Shown: positions 9,023 through 17,738 of the stretch, in pieces
Layout of the letters: every line of letters begins with the position of its first letter
Position numbering within the stretch: position 1 is the stretch's first letter
Virus record (IMG/VR): IMGVR_UViG_3300026123_000400
Location: 1 to 49,967 of that record
Source: a virus
Lineage: Duplodnaviria; Caudoviricetes
Strand: one strand, 5' to 3'
DNA length: 49,967 bases
Translations under genes and position numbers: made by a program
Notes under the pieces: model-generated
Told to the model about the DNA's origin: nothing
The model's database searches: none
What the model saw: only the letters and a program-made list of their open reading frames with translations

Positions 9023-9166
9023 TTCGGCAAACGTTCATGGCGTTACGCTATGGTGGTAGAAGACGGTGTAGTAACACACATGTTTGAAGAGCCAGGCAAG
9101 TCTGACAATCATCCAGAAGACCCATACGGTGTATCAGCACCAGAAAACGTACTAGCAAATATTTAA
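9023..9166 (+). pseudogene. orphan alternative peroxiredoxin C-terminus (47 aa)
   Basis: [47 protein letters not shown] parallels 7881-8030 but lacks the N-terminal catalytic part. Confidence 0.9.
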
Positions 9167-9178
9167 TAGGAGTATAAC

Positions 9179-9583
9179 ATGAATCAACTACGCATAGCAT
9201 TAGGCTTATTCTTCGTACTATTCGGTATCACTAAAATCATTCCATTGTTTGGCTTTGGTTACGGTTTCGGTGGCACCGTGTGGTTTGTTGGTGAAGCAAT
9301 GGGTTACCCAGCACCAGCATTTATGGTAGTAGTGGCAATCGTTGTAGAAATTCTACTAGGTTTGGCATTGTTGCTACCACAGTTCAATGGTGAATGCCAT
9401 AAGCGTCAACGATTGGCAGCATACGGGCTTGGACTGTTTACAGCACTAGCAACACTAATGTTCCACGTACCAGGCATTTCAGGTGAGACACTAACACCAG
9501 AAATGACAAACTCGTTGAAGAACCTAATGATTATTTCTGCACTATTCGCAGTAGGTAGTTCAGTAGAAAACGAAAAATCATAG
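9179..9583 (+). CDS. DoxX-family membrane protein
   Basis: LRIALGLFF..G..K, E..LGL.LLL, FH, KNL; four TM segments. Confidence 0.85.
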   Translation: MNQLRIALGLFFVLFGITKIIPLFGFGYGFGGTVWFVGEAMGYPAPAFMVVVAIVVEILLGLALLLPQFNGECHKRQRLAAYGLGLFTALATLMFHVPGISGETLTPEMTNSLKNLMIISALFAVGSSVENEKS

Positions 9584-9618
9584 GTGAGTTATTAGGGAGA
9601 AACCACGTGGTGTTGTTT

Positions 9619-9645
9619 GGGCGTCTTTTTAGGCGCCCTTTTTTT
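9619..9645 (+). terminator. intrinsic terminator
   Basis: GGGCGTCT-tttt-AGGCGCCC followed by a T-run. Confidence 0.8.
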
Positions 9646-9657
9646 ACTAAAAAAAGG

Positions 9658-9685
9658 TTGACAAATATCCGTGCGGATGTATAAT
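9658..9685 (+). promoter_or_regulatory. early promoter
   Basis: A-tract, then TTGACA-N16-TATAAT; leader AAGGGTAAGTT shared with the promoter at 24731. Confidence 0.8.
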
Positions 9686-9715
9686 ATAAGGGTAAGTTGA
9701 TGAGAGAGAGAAAAA

Positions 9716-9997
9716 ATGATGAATGTTAAAGCGGGTGATCTGATTAAGTCTTACGATTTTTCTAAAGAGATGCAGCCTGGTTGTTACATGGTTGGTCTTG
9801 TTAAGTCGTTATCAGGAGAGATTGTTCATTGTGAGATGATCAAGTCATTCTTTGACGGTGAAGAATATGAACATCCTAACAAAGACGGTGGTTTTCGTAC
9901 AATGGTACAGGGTGCTGGCTTTTTTGATGACCGTGATACTCGTATTGAAGTTATTGCTACAAAAGAAGAACTTGAACTTGTAATGGAGGCAGTATAA
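9716..9997 (+). CDS. early hypothetical protein
   Basis: ORF downstream of the early promoter. Confidence 0.75.
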   Translation: MMNVKAGDLIKSYDFSKEMQPGCYMVGLVKSLSGEIVHCEMIKSFFDGEEYEHPNKDGGFRTMVQGAGFFDDRDTRIEVIATKEELELVMEAV

Positions 9998-10224
9998 TGA
10001 TTGATTACAAAATGGGCACTGAAGAAGGCAACATACTAATTGAACGTATTGTTGATGCGTCTGTTAAACTATACAAAAATAATGGCGCAAGTTTGCTAGA
10101 CGTTGAAGGTTTTGTTGAAGCGAATCTAACACGATTACAGGATGCAGGATACGAAAAGGCGGCAACACTTCCGGTAGTCAAGAGTATCTTGTTACAGTTT
10201 GCAGTTCGTGCTGAGGAATTGTAA
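9997..10224 (+). CDS. hypothetical protein
   Basis: SD GGAGG; TAATG coupling. Confidence 0.7.
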   Translation: MIDYKMGTEEGNILIERIVDASVKLYKNNGASLLDVEGFVEANLTRLQDAGYEKAATLPVVKSILLQFAVRAEEL

Positions 10225-10376
10225 TGCTTTTACTAATTGGTTTAATTTTTATGGGATTGGGCACATACTTTTTAGTTAAGCCCTCCCGTTCGTTTATTGG
10301 TAATTTCGGTTTGGGTCTACTAGGGACCCCGTTTTTACTTTTAGGCTTATTGTTCGTGTATTCTGGGGTTGAGTGA
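10224..10376 (+). CDS. 50-aa two-TM protein (holin candidate)
   Basis: MLLLIGLIFMGLGTYFLVKPSRSFIGNFGLGLLGTPFLLLGLLFVYSGVE*; SD GAGGA; directly before the endolysin. Confidence 0.6.
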   Translation: MLLLIGLIFMGLGTYFLVKPSRSFIGNFGLGLLGTPFLLLGLLFVYSGVE

Positions 10377-10406
10377 TAAATACCTATATAAATATAGGAG
10401 GTTATT

Positions 10407-11252
10407 ATGTCACTACCGATGAACGAACAACAGTTACAAGCAATATTCCCAAGAAATCCCAACATACCAAAATGGTATAAGGCAATGCAAGAACTATTGC
10501 CAAAATATGGTATTGACACCCCATTAAGATTGTCAGCCTTCTTGTCACAATGCGGACATGAAAGTATGGGGTTAATGGCGATTGAAGAAAATCTAAACTA
10601 TTCACAGTCTGCCCTCCTTAATGTATTCGGTAAATACTTTACAGCAGAACTTGCAGCAAACTACGCCAGAAAGCCTGAACTTATTGCTAACCGTGTATAT
10701 GCTAATCGCATGGGAAACGGTCCAGAAAAGTCAGGTGATGGTTGGAGGTACCGAGGTCGAGGTGTTATACAACTTACAGGTAAAAATAATTACCAAAAGT
10801 TTGCTGAATTTTTAGGTCAAGACTTAGATTATGTTATGGGGTATCTCACCACATACAAAGGTGCGTTAGAGTCTGCATGTTGGTATTGGCATACGAACGG
10901 GTTAAATCGTTTCGCTGATGAACAAGATATGCGTGAACTTACCAGGCGTATTAATGGTGGGTATAATGGGTTAGAAGACCGTATAAATCACTATGAGCAT
11001 ATTAATCATGTATTTGGTTTAGTAACGGAACAGCATACACTAACACAGTCACAAGTTAATATGCGTACCCTACGCAAAGGTGATCACGGAGAAGAAGTAG
11101 AACAATTACAACGTGCCTTAGGATTAAGTCCAGTAGATGGTATCTTTGGTCAGGGAACTGAAAGAGCAGTGATGGCATTTCAAGCACGAAATGGGCTATC
11201 ACCTGATGGTATCGCAGGACGTAGAACACTAACACGATTGTTTGGAAAGTAG
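10407..11252 (+). CDS. GH19 endolysin with C-terminal peptidoglycan-binding domain
   Basis: FLSQCGHES, ENLNYS, YRGRGVIQLTGKNNY, INGGYNGLEDR; DGIFGQGTERAVMAFQ..GL..DGIAG. Confidence 0.93.
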   Translation: MSLPMNEQQLQAIFPRNPNIPKWYKAMQELLPKYGIDTPLRLSAFLSQCGHESMGLMAIEENLNYSQSALLNVFGKYFTAELAANYARKPELIANRVYANRMGNGPEKSGDGWRYRGRGVIQLTGKNNYQKFAEFLGQDLDYVMGYLTTYKGALESACWYWHTNGLNRFADEQDMRELTRRINGGYNGLEDRINHYEHINHVFGLVTEQHTLTQSQVNMRTLRKGDHGEEVEQLQRALGLSPVDGIFGQGTERAVMAFQARNGLSPDGIAGRRTLTRLFGK

Positions 11253-11318
11253 ATTGACAATCGTGGCACAAACAGTGTATAATGAAAGTTATACACACCA
11301 TAGATGGGGAGACACGGT

Positions 11319-11573
11319 ATGAGTAATTTGTTTTTCGATTCAGCATATGAAGAGGCAGAAGTAGAATTTTTAGATATGTTGGATACCAGTCAACTTGTTC
11401 GTTTCAATACGGTAGTAGAATGTATTGATTTCGACAAAGAACAATTGAAATGTATATTAGAAGCATTATATGCAGAACGATTAGGATATGATGACACAGT
11501 AGAAGAACTTGCCAACAATAATGCTGAAATTGCAGGTGACTTAGAATACATAGTGTACGGCGTACTACACTAA
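11319..11573 (+). CDS. acidic hypothetical protein
   Basis: SD GGAGA; promoter TTGACA-N18-TATAAT at 11254-11283. Confidence 0.65.
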   Translation: MSNLFFDSAYEEAEVEFLDMLDTSQLVRFNTVVECIDFDKEQLKCILEALYAERLGYDDTVEELANNNAEIAGDLEYIVYGVLH

Positions 11574-11612
11574 AGCATAAATACTCTTGTAGGATACAAG
11601 AGGAGACACAAC

Positions 11613-11951
11613 ATGGATTCGTTGATTAATGATATGTCTATGAACCTAAGCGATTTAATACAGCCGTGGTTCATGATACTATTTTCTATTGTATTTGTTA
11701 TATGGTTCAAAGACCTAGCAACTAATATAGCAAAAGGAATAAGTTTTAAAATGAAGCCTGGATTTGAACCAGGTGACAGTGTGATATTAGATGGTGAAGA
11801 TGCCCTAATAATTAACATAGGTATATGGGAAACCGTATTTGAGATACGTAGAGAAGGCAAGACTTGCTGGCGATATGTACCTAACACTCGCATAGATTAC
11901 ATAAGATTGGAAAAAGTTGTTCACACTCGCAGGAGAGAAGAACGACAATAA
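11613..11951 (+). CDS. MscS-like small membrane protein
   Basis: TM segment then KDLATNIAKG..FEPGDSVILDG..IGIWET..VPN; late promoter at 11577. Confidence 0.7.
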   Translation: MDSLINDMSMNLSDLIQPWFMILFSIVFVIWFKDLATNIAKGISFKMKPGFEPGDSVILDGEDALIINIGIWETVFEIRREGKTCWRYVPNTRIDYIRLEKVVHTRRREERQ

Positions 11952-11967
11952 CCTAAAAGGATAAACA

Positions 11968-12729
11968 ATGCAAAACTACGAAACTATTTTGGAAGTGGAA
12001 CATTTCACGGATGATTTGTTTTGGTTTAAAACGACTAAGAGTGATGCATGGAATAAGCGTAATTTTATCGCAGGCGAATTCACAATGATCGGTATGCCAG
12101 ATAACGATATACAAAGAGCATACAGCATTGCGACTAGCCCAAAAAATGACTTTCTTGAATTTTTCAGTATCAAAGTTCAAGATGGTCCACTAACTAAAGA
12201 ACTACAAAACGTAAAGGTAGGGGATGAAATAGAAGTAGGAAGTAGACCTGTTGGTACACTGACTACCAAACTACTAAGCCCCACCACAGCAGACAAAAGC
12301 CGTTTATGGTGTATCTCTACGGGTACAGGTCTCGCGCCGTTTTTGAGCATAGCAAGGGATTCAGATGCTTATGAACAATTTGACGAGGTTATTGTTACTC
12401 ATACCTGCCGTACTAATGCTGAACTCGTGTTCGGTGAAGATATCAAACGATACGGCGCTAGAATGTATCAAACAGTCACTAGAGAAGACCCTAAAGAAGG
12501 TCGATATAGAGGACGTATCACAGACAGAATACATAGCGGTGAGTTGTTCCGTGACCTGGAAATAGACCAAGACTTTTTTGATCCTGAACGTGACCGTATT
12601 ATGATATGTGGTGGTCCAGATTTTAACATAGAACTACGCAACATGTTTGAATCACAAGGATGGATTCACGGTACCAAAAAGGAACCCGGACAGTTCGTAC
12701 AAGAAAAAGCGTTTGTTGAGGTACTGTAA
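11968..12729 (+). CDS. fpr: ferredoxin-NADP+ reductase
   Basis: FIAGEFTMIG, RAYSIAT, LEFFSIKVQDGPLT, STGTGLAPFLS, GRIT, MICGGP. Confidence 0.93.
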   Translation: MQNYETILEVEHFTDDLFWFKTTKSDAWNKRNFIAGEFTMIGMPDNDIQRAYSIATSPKNDFLEFFSIKVQDGPLTKELQNVKVGDEIEVGSRPVGTLTTKLLSPTTADKSRLWCISTGTGLAPFLSIARDSDAYEQFDEVIVTHTCRTNAELVFGEDIKRYGARMYQTVTREDPKEGRYRGRITDRIHSGELFRDLEIDQDFFDPERDRIMICGGPDFNIELRNMFESQGWIHGTKKEPGQFVQEKAFVEVL

Positions 12730-12978
12730 TTGCATTTAGTAGGTCATCATATAATAGACAACTCCCAATACCACAACTATAGTATAAGAAATGTGTTGGT
12801 GGCGTTGTTGTATCTTGTCATGCTGACCTTTGATCCTCGTTCCGAAGTGTACTACTTGTTTGTTATGTTGTTACATAATACACCGTGCTTTGTGTTTGCA
12901 GTGTATTCATTATTCAATCAAATAGAATCACATTTTGAAGGCAGAAATTTATTTCAAAATTTTGACTCGAATGTATAA
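12730..12978 (+). CDS. possible membrane protein
   Basis: Hydrophobic ORF with a weak TTG start. Confidence 0.35.
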   Translation: MHLVGHHIIDNSQYHNYSIRNVLVALLYLVMLTFDPRSEVYYLFVMLLHNTPCFVFAVYSLFNQIESHFEGRNLFQNFDSNV

Positions 12979-12985
12979 AAAAGTG

Positions 12986-13013
12986 TTGACTTTATCCTCA
13001 AAGGAGTTATAAT
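12986..13013 (+). promoter_or_regulatory. early promoter
   Basis: TTGACT-N16-TATAAT after an A-tract. Confidence 0.75.
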
Positions 13014-13045
13014 TACAAAGTAACGTTGATTGAGAGGATACACAG

Positions 13046-13408
13046 ATGACTACACTGACTAATGAAATTGCTACTCTTGTTGAAGAAATCAAAAAAGACT
13101 ACGCTGGATTCAACGCAAATCTAGCAAAAGATGCGTCAGATGATGAAACTCGTGATCGAATCCGCGCTAATATGACTGAACGTTTCAACAATGGTATTGA
13201 AATATCAGAAGGTAAAAAATACATCAAGATTATCACCAATCGTTCTGTTTGGGGATTCATTGTCAAAGGTGACGATGATAAAAAGTTCCGTAAAGGAGAT
13301 ATTCTAAAAGCGGCAAGTTGGGCGACTCCCGCTCGTAATGCGGCTCGCGGAAACGTTATTGACGGTGGATACACCGTTCGATGGACTGGCCCTCTTTACC
13401 TTAAATAA
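13046..13408 (+). CDS. conserved phage early protein
   Basis: GKKYIKI..SVWGFI..GDILKAASW..PA.NAARGN, a motif familiar from large phages. Confidence 0.8.
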   Translation: MTTLTNEIATLVEEIKKDYAGFNANLAKDASDDETRDRIRANMTERFNNGIEISEGKKYIKIITNRSVWGFIVKGDDDKKFRKGDILKAASWATPARNAARGNVIDGGYTVRWTGPLYLK

Positions 13409-13476
13409 GGGTCATATGCAAATATTGGTAGGAAATTAAGTACGCATATCCATTTTCGTACTTAGTATATAAATAT

Positions 13477-13592
13477 TAGTGTAAGGAATTGAGATTTTTT
13501 CTTAGTTCCTTATACTACATGATAAAACTTTAAGTTTTATTATTTAGTCCTCTTCGCCAATATTTGCCCGGGACTCGTTCCCGGGTTTTTTT
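13477..13592 (+). ncRNA. candidate late small RNA
   Basis: TATAAATA at 13468; 18-bp stem, 10-bp stem, unpaired AGTCCTCTTCGCC, then CCCGGGA/TCCCGGG terminator with T-run; no ORF. Confidence 0.6.
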
Positions 13593-13611
13593 ATAACTAT
13601 AGGGATAATAT

Positions 13612-13965
13612 ATGGCAAATCTATTCAAAGACATTAACACGTTTCAAACAGCGTGTGACCAAGAACCAAACGAATCAAACTACAAAATGTACATTGACCT
13701 CATTCGTGAAGAGGTACAAGAACTAGAAGAAGCACTAGAAGCAAACGACCGCATAGAACAGTTAGATGCCCTTATTGATATTATGGTAGTAACATTGGGC
13801 GCTGTACGCACTGGCAATTTTGACGGAGAAGGAGCATGGGACGAAGTAATGAAAACCAATTTTGCGAAAATAGATCCGGAAACAGGAAAGGTACGGAAAC
13901 GAGAAGACGGAAAAGTTCTGAAACCAGAGGGATGGGTAGCACCGAATCTGAAACCGTTCGTGTAG
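13612..13965 (+). CDS. MazG-like NTP pyrophosphohydrolase
   Basis: LIREEVQEL..DALID..EVMKTNFAK..REDGKVLKPEGW. Confidence 0.88.
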   Translation: MANLFKDINTFQTACDQEPNESNYKMYIDLIREEVQELEEALEANDRIEQLDALIDIMVVTLGAVRTGNFDGEGAWDEVMKTNFAKIDPETGKVRKREDGKVLKPEGWVAPNLKPFV

Positions 13966-14051
13966 TGTGGCCAAAATTAAAGTTTCCACCAATCAATTTG
14001 TGGAACATGCCTAAGCGATAAATACAATTACAACAATAGCGAGGGTTTAAT

Positions 14052-14306
14052 ATGTATAATGATTACACTGGTTTGACAGAGGAAGAACTAGACGAAAAAA
14101 TCAATAGCATACAAGCAAAAATGAGTATTGCCTATCAACAAGGCCAAGAAGGTCTAGTGGAACAATTGAGGTTCCATTTAGATAATCTTAACTTGGAACT
14201 AATGGAGCGCATGGAACGCGCACGATTCGAAATTATATCTGAAAGGACACCCGAATCATATATCATAGGAGAAGACCCGGATGACGAAGATGCCGACGAA
14301 GATTAA
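14052..14306 (+). CDS. hypothetical protein
   Basis: Late promoter at 14018; SD GAGG. Confidence 0.75.
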   Translation: MYNDYTGLTEEELDEKINSIQAKMSIAYQQGQEGLVEQLRFHLDNLNLELMERMERARFEIISERTPESYIIGEDPDDEDADED

Positions 14307-14607
14307 CCATGTTATTCATCATTTAACTTTACAAGGCAGTGATTTAGATGTTACAATGTTTGTAGAGTACTTAAATAAGTATTGGTTCAATCAATGGAAA
14401 CCACTGTTAAAATTTGATGGAGTGCGTTATGATTTGGGAAGTGATACAGTTACATTCAATACATCTTGCGGCAAAACATCAATGCTAAATTTCGTAAAGG
14501 AATTTAGTCTTAAATTTGAACGAATGACGTTCATGTACCATTATTACACAACAGACAAAACAGAACAAAACTTAGTCTACGTCAGTAAAGGCGAAGAAAA
14601 AATTTAA
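14281..14607 (+). CDS. hypothetical protein
   Basis: ORF track; operon position. Confidence 0.65.
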   Translation: MTKMPTKINHVIHHLTLQGSDLDVTMFVEYLNKYWFNQWKPLLKFDGVRYDLGSDTVTFNTSCGKTSMLNFVKEFSLKFERMTFMYHYYTTDKTEQNLVYVSKGEEKI

Positions 14608-14631
14608 TATTGTCTATAAGAGGACTTACAA

Positions 14632-15318
14632 ATGGAATCATTCATTGTAGATAACTATTCAACGTATTCTACTACTATCCACACTACTGTAGTACAAACG
14701 GGTGAAAGTATCATAAGTGATGAATTTAATATCGATGTTGATTTTGCTTGGGTTAATCCTGACAGGAAAGAAGCAAACGTTTCATTTCTAAAAATGAAAA
14801 TGCTTATAGAAGAAGTTCTAGACCAAAGTATTATCACACACCGTAACGCAAAAATAGATACATCTATGCTTGCTAACAATACTATACTGTTGCCATACGT
14901 ACCATCGACTGATATATTAGCAATGGTACTTCATGCCAAACTCTGCGCAGTGGTAGGCGATGATATTTTTATTGCGAAAGTTAAAGTAACTAATGCGCTC
15001 CCTGATTTTTCTATGGCGTTCACATATTCGGATAGAGATTATTCGTTACTGCCCACAATCGAAGAATTTGCAGAAAATGACTTCACACACTATAAAACAC
15101 CTTGGTGGTTCCGAGATACATGCGAAACGTGCGACTACTTTTCAGATAATGAAGACGATGTTATTGAAGAGCCTCAATATTATGATGTGTATGAAGAAAT
15201 CAATACAATGGTCAACGAAATTGAAGCAGAAGTACGCGGTGAACTAGGCGAAGAACCAGAAGAAGATGGTGAAGTAATTGATTTCAAGGCGTGGAAACCA
15301 ACAGTTGTCGATGAATGA
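14632..15318 (+). CDS. hypothetical protein
   Basis: SD GAGGA; 228-aa ORF. Confidence 0.8.
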   Translation: MESFIVDNYSTYSTTIHTTVVQTGESIISDEFNIDVDFAWVNPDRKEANVSFLKMKMLIEEVLDQSIITHRNAKIDTSMLANNTILLPYVPSTDILAMVLHAKLCAVVGDDIFIAKVKVTNALPDFSMAFTYSDRDYSLLPTIEEFAENDFTHYKTPWWFRDTCETCDYFSDNEDDVIEEPQYYDVYEEINTMVNEIEAEVRGELGEEPEEDGEVIDFKAWKPTVVDE

Positions 15319-15835
15319 TTTGACCTTTGATAGGTACGGTCGTGTTGTCTACAACAAACAAGACTTGTATGATATGTTGATGGAAGGCATTGACATATCA
15401 CCTATCACCAATGTTGAATGGAATGAGGATATACACAAATACAACACTGCGATTGATGCTAACCATTTAGATTCAAGTAAAATTGCTCCATTGGCAAAGT
15501 ATGATTATGACGTTGAGGAGTTTGATGAGCATCAACAATCACAGTGGTTTATCCCTAATAAGTACAAAGAACTAGACATAATAAGATATGTGTGGGAACG
15601 TACACCAAAAGATAGGGAAGAGCGTGTAGAACAAGAGTTGTTCCTATATGCTAAATATGATTTACTGAATGTATTAAGAGCGTGTGTGTATCTTGTGGAC
15701 ACTATGCGAGAACATAATATAGTATGGGGTGTCGGTCGTGGCAGTTCTGTGTCCAGTTATGTTTTGTATGTATTAGGAATTCACAAGATAGATAGCGTAA
15801 AGTATGGATTGGATATTAGTGAGTTTTTAAAATAG
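15311..15835 (+). CDS. DNA polymerase III alpha (DnaE) stand-alone fragment
   Basis: RVEQEL..YLVDTMREHNIVWGVGRGSSVSSYVLYVLGIHKIDSVKYGL. Confidence 0.85.
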   Translation: MNDLTFDRYGRVVYNKQDLYDMLMEGIDISPITNVEWNEDIHKYNTAIDANHLDSSKIAPLAKYDYDVEEFDEHQQSQWFIPNKYKELDIIRYVWERTPKDREERVEQELFLYAKYDLLNVLRACVYLVDTMREHNIVWGVGRGSSVSSYVLYVLGIHKIDSVKYGLDISEFLK

Positions 15836-15836
15836 T

Positions 15837-16040
15837 ATGTCAGATGAAATAGTAAAATTTCCTGCTAGTAGACGGAAACTAAGTTCCAAAGAAGAAAAAG
15901 AAGTACGTTGCGCGGCGAATCTTATACATGAAATTTATAAGGATAAGAATCCTTTTCTAAGCGATAGTCACCGACTAACACAGTCAGAAGAGGTGATTAG
16001 AGAAATGCTTAAATATATATTTAAAATAAATGAGGAATAA
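15837..16040 (+). CDS. hypothetical protein
   Basis: ORF track. Confidence 0.55.
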   Translation: MSDEIVKFPASRRKLSSKEEKEVRCAANLIHEIYKDKNPFLSDSHRLTQSEEVIREMLKYIFKINEE

Positions 16041-16041
16041 C

Positions 16042-16449
16042 ATGGCAAAACATAGAAGTATGCGAGGCGAAATTATCGACCTAAACAAACTTGCCGCTAA
16101 AGCAGAAGATAGTATTACAGTGGGCAACACTAACACAAATGCTCGCGGAGATGAACTAGGACGCAGAGGTAAAGTGGTCAAGAAAGCAGACCAAGTTGCT
16201 CGTGACCATTACAACAATAATAATCCAAAGTCAGTCAAAATGGCAGGTCTTAAGGTAGATGATTGGGAAGAACCAGATGCTAACCCAGAACCTGCTCCTA
16301 AAAAGGCTCCAGAACCTGCTACTAAAAAGGCTCCGGATCCTGCTCCTAAAAAAGCACAGTCTAAAATTGTAAAAGAACAACCCCAAAAAAACGATGACCA
16401 ATGGGTAGAAGATGCTGAAGGAAACTTTGTAAGAAAAGAGGACAAGTAA
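16042..16449 (+). CDS. conserved phage protein with PEPAPKKA repeats
   Basis: SD GAGGA; VGNTNTNARGDELG; 24-nt unit x3 at 16285-16356. Confidence 0.8.
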   Translation: MAKHRSMRGEIIDLNKLAAKAEDSITVGNTNTNARGDELGRRGKVVKKADQVARDHYNNNNPKSVKMAGLKVDDWEEPDANPEPAPKKAPEPATKKAPDPAPKKAQSKIVKEQPQKNDDQWVEDAEGNFVRKEDK

Positions 16450-16787
16450 TGAGTTTAAAAGTACTAGGCGATAAAGTAATCGTACATAAAATGGAAGCAG
16501 GCGAACAACGCACAAAGAGCGGCATATTCATCAAAGACGATAGCACAGTTAATGCAGGTGAACGCGGTATTAAATCTCGTTGGGCACAGGTGTATGCCAT
16601 AGGTCCCGAACAAACCGAAGTCAAAGTTGGCGAATGGGTTCTTATGGAACATGGTCGTTGGACTGAAGGACAGTTGCTCGATTTAGGTGATGGTAGCGAA
16701 CCATTTAAAATTTGGCTTGCTGATAATAACGGATTGATGGCAGTTTCAGAAGAAAAACCAGAAGAAATTCAAATGCGAGGTCTATAA
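16449..16787 (+). CDS. groES: GroES-like co-chaperonin
   Basis: LKVLGDKVIV..EQRTKSGIFI..VYAIGP..VKVGEWVL. Confidence 0.88.
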   Translation: MSLKVLGDKVIVHKMEAGEQRTKSGIFIKDDSTVNAGERGIKSRWAQVYAIGPEQTEVKVGEWVLMEHGRWTEGQLLDLGDGSEPFKIWLADNNGLMAVSEEKPEEIQMRGL

Positions 16788-17026
16788 TGGAAGATCCAAA
16801 ACCATACACTAAACTAGACCACGTGGTGTTTGGTTTAGCAGATTCTACGCCCAACAACGTTGACGAAGCAACCGAACGTAGAATCTCAATGTGGTATACA
16901 ATTATTCGTGGCTTTGGTACAATATCAGAAGTTAAACAACTGGTCAAGATATTGACTATAGCAATGATAGGACTTACTATAGCCCAGATTACACTCACTG
17001 GTATCTTAATTTATTCGCTACTTTAA
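16787..17026 (+). CDS. small membrane protein
   Basis: C-terminal TM segment; TAATG coupling. Confidence 0.6.
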   Translation: MEDPKPYTKLDHVVFGLADSTPNNVDEATERRISMWYTIIRGFGTISEVKQLVKILTIAMIGLTIAQITLTGILIYSLL

Positions 17027-17030
17027 TATT

Positions 17031-17738
17031 ATGATTGACGTATTCTACTTAACATACGGTGACGATTTTAGTCAAGCAAACTTAAACCGTATTCGTGATA
17101 AACTCGCTCCGGGACAACAAGCATACGTAGTTAAAGATGTACCCGGAATCTATAACGCACACCGCGAATGTGCGCTATCATCCAACACAGACCACTTTTA
17201 TGTTATCGACGGCGATGCTTACCTAGTTGACGAGTTTGATTTGTCTTACGTTCCATCAGATACCATTGATGTATATCCAGGTGTCCCGCAATCACGTTGC
17301 GTACATGTATGGAGAGCATATAATCCTGTTATAGACATGACATATGGTTACGGCGGTGTTAAACTGTTACATAAGGAACTATTTCAAGAAGAGAATCCTG
17401 AGGGAATTGTGGACATGAGTACAACAATTGCCAAACACGATATGCCATATTGGGCAGTACCAGATTTGTCGTGTATTTCTAAATTTAACACTACACCATT
17501 CAATACATGGAAGGCAGCGTTTCGTGAAGTCGCAAAACTGGTATCAGGAAATCTTAGTCACGGAGTAGATGACAAAATAAAGCGATGGATGAACCCAACA
17601 CCATCTGCTATGCATTCTTCTTTTGCTTTACTAGGTGCAACCAAAGGTAAATACTTTGGTGAACAAGGTAAGGACCTATCACTACTTAACGATTTTGAAT
17701 GGTTAAAACAGGAGTTTGAAAATCATAATTATGTGTAA
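17031..17738 (+). CDS. glycosyltransferase-like protein (GT-A fold)
   Basis: DVFYLTY, GIYNAH, FYVIDGD (DxD), YGYGGVKL, WKAAFRE. Confidence 0.65.
   Translation: MIDVFYLTYGDDFSQANLNRIRDKLAPGQQAYVVKDVPGIYNAHRECALSSNTDHFYVIDGDAYLVDEFDLSYVPSDTIDVYPGVPQSRCVHVWRAYNPVIDMTYGYGGVKLLHKELFQEENPEGIVDMSTTIAKHDMPYWAVPDLSCISKFNTTPFNTWKAAFREVAKLVSGNLSHGVDDKIKRWMNPTPSAMHSSFALLGATKGKYFGEQGKDLSLLNDFEWLKQEFENHNYV

Noticed and set aside
7881-9166. Diversity-generating retroelement TR/VR pair or invertible shufflon
   Set aside because: The differences are not adenine-specific, the copies are direct rather than inverted, and no reverse transcriptase or recombinase is in the window.
16285-16356. 24-nt tandem repeat as a regulatory array
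   Set aside because: It is an in-frame low-complexity PEPAPKKA linker inside a CDS.
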